Both the position numbers and the translations under genes were made by a program. Under the pieces are notes generated by a model, which was not told the DNA's origin, did not search any database, and was given only the letters and a program-made list of their open reading frames with translations. From Nitrososphaerota archaeon (lineage in GTDB: Archaea; Thermoproteota; Nitrososphaeria_A; Caldarchaeales; Calditenuaceae), in assembly GCA_033581555.1 (NCBI GenBank), contig JAVQSZ010000001.1, forward strand, positions 1 through 64,000: DNA of 64,000 bases, given 5' to 3'. Position 1 is the stretch's first letter. Each line of letters starts with the position of its first letter. Positions 18,659 through 26,721 of the stretch are shown piece after piece.

Positions 18659-19038
18659 GAGGGGGCGTTAGCACGGGACGAATCGCGTGACTCCTCGAAC
18701 TACTCGCGGTCGAAATCGCGAGGCGCTGAGCAAGGCGCGTCGACTTCGGTCCCGCACCTACGGCCCCCCTTCCGGCTCCGAGATCTGACTGAGCAACCCA
18801 TTCGATCACCCCACGGCGCGCTAGGATCGCGACATCACCGTTGCAGCGGTTCGCCGCACTTCATCTCGTGACGACAGCCGACGCAGAAATTAGCCGAAGT
18901 TACTCTGTTCGCCCTCGTTCGGTACTCGCGCGGCTCTTATGTCCTCACTTGGCCGGGAAGAACGGCTCTAGGTGTCCGACGGACGGGAGGCCCCTATCGC
19001 AGACACCTTTTAGTTACAGTGCAGCAGACGACTGAGCG

Positions 19039-19713
19039 ATGCCGAGCCTCAGTGCGAACGCCGGACTGCAGACGCTGAAGACCGGGACGACGACGCTCGC
19101 CTTCACGGTGAACGACCTCGTGGTCTTCGCGACCGACACGAGGGCCACCGCGGGCTTCTTCATCGCCCACAAGCGCGCCAAGAAGATCCACAAGGTGGCA
19201 GACAACATGGCCATGACTATAGCTGGAAGGGTTGCGGACGCTCAGGCCCTGGTCGACCTGCTGAGGGCGAACGTCAGGCACTACCAGGTCGTCCACGGCA
19301 AGCAGATGCAGGTGAGGGCCGCGGCGACGCTCCTCTCGACCTACATGTTCTACTACAGGTTCTTCCCCTATCAGACCCAGCTCCTGATCGGGGGCTACGA
19401 CGAGACCGGGCCCCACATCTTCAACATCGATCCGCTGGGCGGGATAACCGATGAGAGGGTCGTCAGCACCGGCTCGGGCTCCCCGATCGCGCTGGGCGTC
19501 CTCGAGTCCGAGTTCAGGGACGGGATGGGCCTCGACGAGGCGATCGAGCTGGCGTACAAGGCGGTCGCGGTCGCGATAAGGAGGGACATAGGGAGCGGGG
19601 ACAGTATCGAGGTCGCCTACATCTCTCCGGCCACGGGGTACGTGGAGCTCTCCCAGCCCGAGAAGAGGAGGCTATTCGAGAAGTACGTCAGGCCCTACCT
19701 GGTCGCGCCCTAG
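19039..19713 (+). CDS. psmB: Proteasome subunit beta
   Basis: Short propeptide then KTG|TTT, DTRAT, GSGS, RRDIGSG. Confidence 0.96.
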   Translation: MPSLSANAGLQTLKTGTTTLAFTVNDLVVFATDTRATAGFFIAHKRAKKIHKVADNMAMTIAGRVADAQALVDLLRANVRHYQVVHGKQMQVRAAATLLSTYMFYYRFFPYQTQLLIGGYDETGPHIFNIDPLGGITDERVVSTGSGSPIALGVLESEFRDGMGLDEAIELAYKAVAVAIRRDIGSGDSIEVAYISPATGYVELSQPEKRRLFEKYVRPYLVAP

Positions 19714-20158
19714 CGGGAGAGTAGGACCGCGACGTCGGCCTCGGTCAGCGGCTTCAGGCCTCCCTGGAAGTACACGTACCACCTTGAGGGCTCGCCGACG
19801 AAGCTCAGCCTCCCAACGTAGTCCATCAGGTCCTTCGGCTGGGGCCAGAGCCTCCCCTCGATCGTGAGGTAGTGTGTGAGCGCCGAGGACGGGGGCCCTC
19901 GACCAGCGCCGCCCGCGCGGCGTCGACCGGATGAGGCCCGCCGACTATTTTGCAGTCCCCGAGAAACTCCTTCCTCTCCTTTCCGAGCGCGAGCATTATC
20001 CCGAGGTCTCCCGGGCTGACCTTCCTGAGGTAGGGGTTCCTGTAGGAGACGAACCATATGCCGTTCGCGACCCTCCTCTCGACGATCGCCCTCGCGGGGA
20101 TGGGCTTGCCATCGCGTCCCCTGTGGTCCTTCGCGGTCATCAGCCAGTAGTTGACCAC
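19710..20158 (-). pseudogene. EVE/PUA-like domain protein interrupted by a 1-nt frameshift at 19891-19895
   Basis: MVNYWL...RKVSPGD...FLG in one frame and LMDYVGRLSFV...W..YFQGGLKPLTEAD in another; one extra C in the C5 run joins them. Confidence 0.75.
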
Positions 20159-20219
20159 GCCATCGGCCCTTCAGGAACCGATAAAAGTCTTGCCGCGAGA
20201 GCTCCTCAGGTCCAAGGGG

Positions 20220-20846
20220 TCACCGCTTGCTGAACCTGACCGCCTCCTCGATGAGGGCCTCGTGGAACGCCGTGTCGCCGGAGAGCTCCGGGTGGAAGGT
20301 CGTCCCGTAGATAGGGCCCTGCCTGACCGCGACCGGCCTCTCCTGGTACCTCGCGAGCACTTCAACCTCCGGCCCCACCTCGACGATCGATGGAGCCCTG
20401 ATGAAGACCGCCCTGAAGCCCTCCCTTCCGAGCTTGGGCACCGTTATCTGGACCTCGAAGGAGTCCCTCTGCCTGCCGTAGGAGTTCCGCTCGACCGTGA
20501 CGTCGAGGACCCCGAGGATCGGCTGCCGCGTCTCGCCGACGACCCTGTCATAGACCCTGCTCGCGAGGAAGATCAGGCCTGCGCAGGTCCCGAGGACCGG
20601 GAGGCCCTCGAGGATCCTCCTCCTGAGGACGTCCAGGGACCTCGACCGCTGGGCGAGCCTGCCCATCACCGTGCTCTCGCCTCCCGGGATGACGACCGCG
20701 TCGAGCTGCTCGATCTCCTCCGGGAGCTTCGCGGTCACCACCTCGCCCTTCACATTGAGCCTCCTCATAGCCTCCCTCAGCGCGAGCAGGTGCTCCTCTA
20801 CGTCGCCCTGGAAGGTCGTGACGCCCACCTTGACCTGGTAGGCCAT
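20220..20846 (-). CDS. pdxT: Pyridoxal 5'-phosphate synthase glutaminase subunit
   Basis: QGDVEEH, IPGGEST, GTCAGLI, RNSYGRQRDSFE, FIRAP, FHPEL. Confidence 0.96.
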   Translation of the reverse strand: MAYQVKVGVTTFQGDVEEHLLALREAMRRLNVKGEVVTAKLPEEIEQLDAVVIPGGESTVMGRLAQRSRSLDVLRRRILEGLPVLGTCAGLIFLASRVYDRVVGETRQPILGVLDVTVERNSYGRQRDSFEVQITVPKLGREGFRAVFIRAPSIVEVGPEVEVLARYQERPVAVRQGPIYGTTFHPELSGDTAFHEALIEEAVRFSKR

Positions 20847-20998
20847 TAGAGCAACACCTGGACATATGGAGTCCCTCGAGGTAAAAACGGTTGAGCCCCG
20901 CACCCCGCCCCACCGAGGCTGAGTTGGTGCAAAAGAGGTCAACGGAAAAAAGGATCGGGGTTCTAGCGACTCACGCGACGGCTGCGGGCGCTCGATGC

Positions 20999-21679
20999 TC
21001 ACTTCGCCCTCGCGAGGGCTGCGACCTTCCTCTCGGTCCCGACGACCCTGCGGAGCGACCTCACGACCTCCTCCAGCCTTTCGGCTGGGATGAAGGCGAC
21101 CAGCTCGTCGGGGCCGTAGCCCGCCCTCGTCCTGCTCGCGGTGCACCCCATGCTGATCACGGTCCTCTTCTCGTTCAGGGCCTTCGCCATCGCCGCACAC
21201 GCGGGCTTCCCGACGATCGCGTGGTCGGTCGCGGTCATCAGGAAGAGCGCCTGCTCCGCGTTGCAGAAAAGGCAACAGACGTCGGGCTCGAATTCGACCT
21301 CCCTCATGGGCCCGTAGGAGACGGTGTTGCTGCCGTGGACGTAGGACGGGAGACCCGCGACTTCCTCCTTCGTCACCCAGCCCAGCTCTAGGAACGCCTC
21401 GACGTCCTCCAGCCCGCAGCCCGGAGCTATCTCCTCATGCCTCCTGAATCCGTGCGTCACCGAGCCTATGCTGCAGTTCATGTGCTGCTCCTTCGAGGTC
21501 GCGAAGGACTTGTTCAAGGCCTGAGTCCAGAAGACGCAGCTCGCGGAGACGGTGCCGTCGAACCTGTTCAGCCCCCTCTTGCTATCCTCCCTGAATGAGA
21601 TCGCTACCAGCGGCCTCTCGAGGTTCAGCATCTGCTCGAGCTCCTTCGCAATCTCCCTGTGGTCCATCGCGCCCGGCAA
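20999..21679 (-). CDS. DUF169-family protein
   Basis: L.LERPLVAI, Cys-rich, PDV, PAC, SMGC..SR; likely start 21667. Confidence 0.8.
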   Translation of the reverse strand: MPGAMDHREIAKELEQMLNLERPLVAISFREDSKRGLNRFDGTVSASCVFWTQALNKSFATSKEQHMNCSIGSVTHGFRRHEEIAPGCGLEDVEAFLELGWVTKEEVAGLPSYVHGSNTVSYGPMREVEFEPDVCCLFCNAEQALFLMTATDHAIVGKPACAAMAKALNEKRTVISMGCTASRTRAGYGPDELVAFIPAERLEEVVRSLRRVVGTERKVAALARAK

Positions 21680-21700
21680 ATTTTAGGCGCTACCTAAAAT
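21680..21700. promoter_or_regulatory. Palindromic operator upstream of the DUF169 gene
   Basis: ATTTTAGG-N5-CCTAAAAT perfect 8-bp inverted repeat. Confidence 0.6.
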
Positions 21701-21773
21701 ACGTTCTCGGGACGAACCGCTCTCGAACCTCAGCGACCCTAGACCCGCGGTGATTCGTCCTCGCGTTCATCGA

Positions 21774-21848
21774 CGGGCCCGCCGGGACTCGAACCCGGGA
21801 CCTCCGGCTCCGGAGGCCGGCGCCCTGTCCATGCTAGGCCACGGGCCC
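21774..21848 (-). tRNA. tRNA-Arg(CCG)
   Basis: Cloverleaf GGGCCCG...CCGGC-CT-CCG-GA-GCCGG...GGTTCGAGTCC...CGGGCCCG. Confidence 0.95.
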
Positions 21849-21918
21849 TCCTCCACAGCTCCCGCGGATCTCTTGAACCTTCTCCGGCGGGTCGGCGCGA
21901 AGGGCCACGTTCGCCTCC

Positions 21919-22488
21919 TCAGGGCCTCACCAGCTCGAGCCGGTAAGTGAGTACTCCCCTCCTCAGGGACCCAACTTCGTACCCCAGCTCCGAGCCCAGC
22001 TCGAGTACCTCGTCCGCGACTGTCCCGTGCCCCGCGAACCTGCTCTTGATCGGCTCGTAGACGAAGAGCCTCCCTCCCCTCTTCAACCTCCTCCAGGCCT
22101 CTTCGAGCGACTCGCGGACCCTCTCGAAGTGGTGAAGGCTGTAGAGCATTACCGCCACGTCGACGCCCTCCCGCGGCACCCCGTCGAGCCTCCAGGCCTC
22201 GGACCTGATCGGCCTCAGGTTCTTGAGCCCCATCACCTCGGCCTTCCTCGCGAGCCTCATGACTTTGCGTTCGTCGTTATCGACCGCGTAGACGAGCCCC
22301 GTGGACCCGACCGTCTTCGCCGCTGGGATCGAGAGGTAACCGTACCCGCAACCGACGTCCAGGAGCACCATCCCCTCCCTCACGCCTATCTCCCCGAGGA
22401 GCTTCTCCGGGCCTTGGAGCGCCCTCCTCAGCCCGTTCTCGAGGACCACCTCCTCGACCCACTTCGCGGAGTTGACGAGCCAGGTCAT
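21919..22488 (-). CDS. Class I SAM-dependent methyltransferase
   Basis: LLDVGCGYG motif I, LHH, LKRGG. Confidence 0.9.
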   Translation of the reverse strand: MTWLVNSAKWVEEVVLENGLRRALQGPEKLLGEIGVREGMVLLDVGCGYGYLSIPAAKTVGSTGLVYAVDNDERKVMRLARKAEVMGLKNLRPIRSEAWRLDGVPREGVDVAVMLYSLHHFERVRESLEEAWRRLKRGGRLFVYEPIKSRFAGHGTVADEVLELGSELGYEVGSLRRGVLTYRLELVRP

Positions 22489-22573
22489 CTGAACGATCCC
22501 ATAGGAGGTCAGTGATTACCCGAACTCAGCTACTCGCACCGACGGCCCAGAGGTCCGCGTCGCGTCCCGGGAG

Positions 22574-22981
22574 CTACGAGATGGCCGGTCTGTACTTGAA
22601 CCCGTAGACGATGATCCCCGCGTCGCCGTCGTGGGCGATCTTCCTCACGACCCTCTCCACCGTCGTCCCGGGCCTGAGCTCTTCGGGGTCAGCGTCGGTT
22701 ATCGGCGTCACGACCCTCGTCCCGTCCTCGAACTCGACGAGCCCGACCACGTAGGGCGCCAGCTCCTTGTGTTCCTCCGTGGGGGACCTCACCACCGTGA
22801 ACGCGACTAGCCTCCCCCTCTCGGGGAGCTCCTCCCTCAAGAGGTTCCTCGACCTGCACCTCCTGCAGACGGTCCTCGACGTCGTGTTCACGGTCCCGCA
22901 GTTCGCGCACCTCAGGACCTCCGCCCTGTACCTGAACCTCCTGTGCCTCCAGTGGTTTTGGGGCCTGAAGTCGAACCTCAA
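22574..22981 (-). CDS. DUF35 Zn-ribbon/OB-fold scaffold protein
   Basis: CANC..CRRC ribbon, PYVVGLVE, GIIVYGFK; downstream of thiolase. Confidence 0.92.
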   Translation of the reverse strand: MRFDFRPQNHWRHRRFRYRAEVLRCANCGTVNTTSRTVCRRCRSRNLLREELPERGRLVAFTVVRSPTEEHKELAPYVVGLVEFEDGTRVVTPITDADPEELRPGTTVERVVRKIAHDGDAGIIVYGFKYRPAIS

Positions 22982-24144
22982 TCCTGATCACCCGCGAGAA
23001 GGACCGCAGTCCCGGCCAGCGCGCCGAAACCCGAGACAGAGATCACGGCACCTGCCCTCGCGTTGTCGACCTGCCTCTTCCCGGCCCTCCCGGTCAGCTG
23101 CATGTAGACCTCAGCGACCTGATAGAGCGCGGTGGCCCCGATCGGGTGTCCCCTCGCCTTGAGGCCTCCGAAGGCGTTGATCGGGAGGTCCCCGCCGAGC
23201 TCGTACTTCCCGGACTTCAGGTCCTGGCCGCTCTCGGACCTCCTCGAGAACCCCCCACTCTCGAGTATCAGGGGCACCATGACCGAGAAGGAGTCGTGGA
23301 GCTCCAGGACGTCCAAATCCCCCCTCGAGATCCCGCTCCTGAGAAGGGCCTCATCGACCGAGAGCGCGACCGACGTCATGAAGAGCGGGTCCTCCCTGTC
23401 GAATGGCGAGACGTAGTCGGTCCTCAGGCTGATACCGCCTATCCTGACCGCCTGACCGGACGCCCGCTTCCTCTCAGCGTCCCCCGAAGCCAGGACCACC
23501 GCCGCCGCGCCGTCTCCGGGCGCGAAGCACTCAAGCCTCCTGAGCGGCGGCGCTACCTCCGGCGACCCGAGGACGTCCTCGAGCCTCACCTTGAACGGGA
23601 ACTGCGCGTGACCCACGCCTTCCGCATTGCTGTGCATCAAGACCGGGAACTGGGCGACGAGCTCCTGCGGCATCTCGTACCTCTCGAGGTAAGTCCTGTA
23701 AAGGAGGGCCGCGACCGAAGCGGGCGTTATTCCCGCGTACCCTATCGTCTCGTAGGGGAGCGTCATCGAGTGGACAGAGTTGAACTCGTCCGGGAGCAGG
23801 TCGGAGAGCTTCTCGCCCCCGACGACCAGCGCGAAGTCCGCGAGGCCCGATGCGACCGCAGCGTAGGCCTCCATTAGCGCCGCCAGCCCAGAGGCTTCGC
23901 CTCCTTCGACCCTAACTCCGTAGACGCTTCTGAGGCCGAGCGCCTCCGCGACCAGCGCGGAGATCCCGGCCTGGTTGGACGTGACCTCACAGAAGGAGCA
24001 CGCTACGTAGACGCCGTCGACCCTCTCGACCCCCGCGTCCTCGATCGCAGCGAGGGAGGCCTCGGCCATTAGGTCGGTGAGCGACTTGTCCCAGTGCTCG
24101 CCAACCTTCGTGTACCCCACGCCGACGACGTGGACGCTCCTCAT
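22978..24144 (-). CDS. Acetoacetyl-CoA thiolase (archaeal type)
   Basis: DGAAAVVL, ELHDSF, GGLKARGHPIGAT. Confidence 0.9.
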   Translation of the reverse strand: MRSVHVVGVGYTKVGEHWDKSLTDLMAEASLAAIEDAGVERVDGVYVACSFCEVTSNQAGISALVAEALGLRSVYGVRVEGGEASGLAALMEAYAAVASGLADFALVVGGEKLSDLLPDEFNSVHSMTLPYETIGYAGITPASVAALLYRTYLERYEMPQELVAQFPVLMHSNAEGVGHAQFPFKVRLEDVLGSPEVAPPLRRLECFAPGDGAAAVVLASGDAERKRASGQAVRIGGISLRTDYVSPFDREDPLFMTSVALSVDEALLRSGISRGDLDVLELHDSFSVMVPLILESGGFSRRSESGQDLKSGKYELGGDLPINAFGGLKARGHPIGATALYQVAEVYMQLTGRAGKRQVDNARAGAVISVSGFGALAGTAVLLAGDQD

Positions 24145-24147
24145 CCC

Positions 24148-25197
24148 TCAGGCACCGCGGATCTTGTCCCTGTGCCGCAGATAGGTGGCGTAATCGACGT
24201 ACTTCGCCCTCTTGATCAGCGCCTCGAGCAGCGGCGCCCTCGGCCTCCTTTCGAGCAGCCCCTCCTTCGTCTCGATCAGGAAGGAGTCGCTCCCCGCTCC
24301 GGAGCCGAACGACGTGAGGACGATCCGCTGACCGGGCTTGGCGGCGTCGAGGACCCTCACCAGCCCCATCATCGAGCTAGCGGCGTAGGTGTTCCCGATC
24401 AGGTGCGTCACCACCCCGAGCTCGACCTTCTCCTTCGGGACCCCGAGGACCTTTGCCGCAGCGAACGGGAACTTGTAGTTCGGCTGGTGGAAGACGAAGT
24501 AGTCGACGTCGGAGACCTTCAGCCCCGCCTCCTCAAGGAGCCCCTTCACCGCGGAGAGGGTGTGGTGGAAGTACGCAGGCTCGCCGGTGAACCTGAAGGT
24601 GTGGGAGGGGTAGCGCTCGTGGGCCCTCCTCCAGAAGTCGGGCGTGTCGGTGACGTAGCTCCTGGCGTACTCTATCGTCGCGACCTCACCGTTGCCAGCC
24701 CTCCCCACTACGAAGGCGGCCGCACCCGCGGCGGCGGTGAACTCGAGCGCGTCGCCGGGCCTGCCCTGGGCCGTGTCGGCCCCGATCGCGAGGCCTGCCT
24801 TGATGATGCCCGCCGAGACCAGCCCCGAGATCATCTGGAGGGCCTCGGTCCCCGCCTTGCAGGCGAACTCCAGGTCGGCAGCGAGGTGGTTGGGAGGGAT
24901 GCCCAGCGCCTCGGCCACCACGGTCCCGGAGGGCTTCACCGCGTAGGGATGGGACTCGGAGCCGACGTTGACGGCCCCTATCTCCGAAGCGTCGATCCCG
25001 GCCCTCCTCATCGCGTACCTCGCGGCCTCGATCGCCATCGTGATCGCGTCCTCGTCGAGCTCGTTGACCGACTTCTCCCTCACCGGGAGCGCGTCCTCCT
25101 CCCTACCCCAGACCCTCGCGATCTCCGCCGCCTTTATCCTCAGCCTCGGGACGTAGCCTCCGTATCCCAGTATCGCGACGTCCCTTATCCGGGCCAA
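24148..25197 (-). CDS. Hydroxymethylglutaryl-CoA synthase
   Basis: GSESHPYAVKP, EFACKAGT, FHQPN, IGNTY, SFGSGAGSD. Confidence 0.96.
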   Translation of the reverse strand: MARIRDVAILGYGGYVPRLRIKAAEIARVWGREEDALPVREKSVNELDEDAITMAIEAARYAMRRAGIDASEIGAVNVGSESHPYAVKPSGTVVAEALGIPPNHLAADLEFACKAGTEALQMISGLVSAGIIKAGLAIGADTAQGRPGDALEFTAAAGAAAFVVGRAGNGEVATIEYARSYVTDTPDFWRRAHERYPSHTFRFTGEPAYFHHTLSAVKGLLEEAGLKVSDVDYFVFHQPNYKFPFAAAKVLGVPKEKVELGVVTHLIGNTYAASSMMGLVRVLDAAKPGQRIVLTSFGSGAGSDSFLIETKEGLLERRPRAPLLEALIKRAKYVDYATYLRHRDKIRGA

Positions 25198-25230
25198 CTC
25201 TCCAGAGAGCGATCCGATCGGGATAAAAAC

Positions 25231-25253
25231 TTGCCTAAATTGGTGTTAGGCAA
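25231..25253. promoter_or_regulatory. Palindromic operator between the HMGS operon and a divergent Lrp gene
   Basis: TTGCCTAA-N7-TTAGGCAA perfect 8-bp inverted repeat. Confidence 0.6.
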
Positions 25254-25298
25254 TCGATTATCTCCCCGAGCTAAATAACGGGAAGCGGGAGGGACCGC

Positions 25299-25748
25299 GT
25301 GCCGGCGTTGGACGAGAGGGACGTCAAGATCCTCGAGGCGCTGAGGAGGGACGCCAGGAAGACTTTCACCGACCTGGCCAGCGAGCTGAACCTCCCGAGG
25401 ACGACGGTCCAGGAGAGGGTCAGGAGGCTGATCGAGGAGGGCTACATCAGGTCCTTCACCGCGATACCGGACTACTCGAAGATCGGGAGCGGGACGACCG
25501 CGTTCGTCCTGGTCTCCTTCGCGCCGACGATGGACGTCTCCCAGCGGGAGCTCGCGGCCCAGATCGCCAAGTTCCCCGAGGTCTTCGAGGTCCACCTCGT
25601 CAGCGGTCAGTGGGACATGATCCTGAAGGTGAGGGGCTCTTCGGTCGAGGACGTCGGCAAGCTGGTGATAGACAGGCTCAGGCCGTTGAAGAACGTCGCC
25701 AGGACCGAGACCTGCTTCGTCTTCGAGACGGTGAAGGAGCAGCCCTGA
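25299..25748 (+). CDS. Lrp/AsnC family transcriptional regulator
   Basis: LDERDVKIL..L..DAR HTH, VSGQWD. Confidence 0.95.
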   Translation: MPALDERDVKILEALRRDARKTFTDLASELNLPRTTVQERVRRLIEEGYIRSFTAIPDYSKIGSGTTAFVLVSFAPTMDVSQRELAAQIAKFPEVFEVHLVSGQWDMILKVRGSSVEDVGKLVIDRLRPLKNVARTETCFVFETVKEQP

Positions 25749-25843
25749 CGTCCCTGTCCCGATCCGACCTCCGAGATCCCCGACGCCCTGTCTTTCAATA
25801 CGCTTAAATAAGGTCGAGGAGCAGCTCCGCCAGGCGGTTCGTC

Positions 25844-26683
25844 ATGCTTGTGACCGGTACGGACGTGAGGGACGCGCTGGTCAGGCTGATAAGGGTCGGG
25901 GCGCTTATAGCGGTCTTGGGCGCGGTCCACGTCCTGACCCTCCTCCTCGACTGGGTCTCCCTCCTCTACGACAACGTGATGACCGAGGGCGTCCAAGGTT
26001 ACGACCTGCCCCTCAGTTTCACCCTCTCGATGCTGGCCGCGGCCCTCGCCGGGGCTTCAGGGGTCCTGGCCTCGGTCTCCACGAACATAAGGGTCCTCAG
26101 GTTCGCGGTCCCGGCCTTCGCGCTGAGCGGTGCCGTCCTCGCGATCCTCTCGCCGCTCTACTCCGTCCTCTACGTCCTCCCCTCGCTCCACGTCGACTTC
26201 AGGACCGAGGTCGGGGCGATCGCGGCGCTCTTCACCGGGGTCGCGATGGCCGGCGGCGGCGCGATATCCACGATGATCGGACTCGTGGCCCTCCGTCCCG
26301 AGACCCAACCCTCTGCCTACCAGCCCTACGCCCCGCTGGGGGTGGAGGCAGCGGTTGGCGGAGCGGCCTCGACGCCGTTCGAGCAGTCCGAGTCCGAGGA
26401 GGAGGTCTTCGACGAGCTCCTGAGGGGCGAGTCCGATGAGGCCTTCCCCGGCTTAGGGGCTCAGGCGCAGCAGGAAGTCCAGCAGGTCTTCACACCGTCG
26501 ACGAGGCCTCCGGCCTCCCAGCAGCAGGCGACCAGGAGGGTATGCGTGATCTGCGGCGAAATCATACAGCCCGCGTCGCTGAGGACCTGCCCGGGCTGCG
26601 GCGAGCCGATGCACAGGGAGTGCGTCGAGACCTGGAGGGACCTTGGGGGCAAGTGTCCCACCTGCGGGACCCCTCTCTCCTGA
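25844..26683 (+). CDS. Four-TM membrane protein with C-terminal C4HC3 RING-type zinc finger
   Basis: Four hydrophobic segments, acidic/Q-P linker, CVIC-x11-CPGC-x4-H-x2-C-x3-W-x6-CPTC. Confidence 0.8.
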   Translation: MLVTGTDVRDALVRLIRVGALIAVLGAVHVLTLLLDWVSLLYDNVMTEGVQGYDLPLSFTLSMLAAALAGASGVLASVSTNIRVLRFAVPAFALSGAVLAILSPLYSVLYVLPSLHVDFRTEVGAIAALFTGVAMAGGGAISTMIGLVALRPETQPSAYQPYAPLGVEAAVGGAASTPFEQSESEEEVFDELLRGESDEAFPGLGAQAQQEVQQVFTPSTRPPASQQQATRRVCVICGEIIQPASLRTCPGCGEPMHRECVETWRDLGGKCPTCGTPLS

Positions 26684-26721
26684 TGGGTTTTTCTATGACG
26701 GCCTGACGCTCCGGATCGGCG

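Noticed and set aside
20847-21275. N-terminal extension of pdxT suggesting a fusion (similarly the extensions on ORFs 51555, 10894, 16912, 48213)
   Set aside because: The extensions overlap neighbouring genes or promoters; better downstream starts exist
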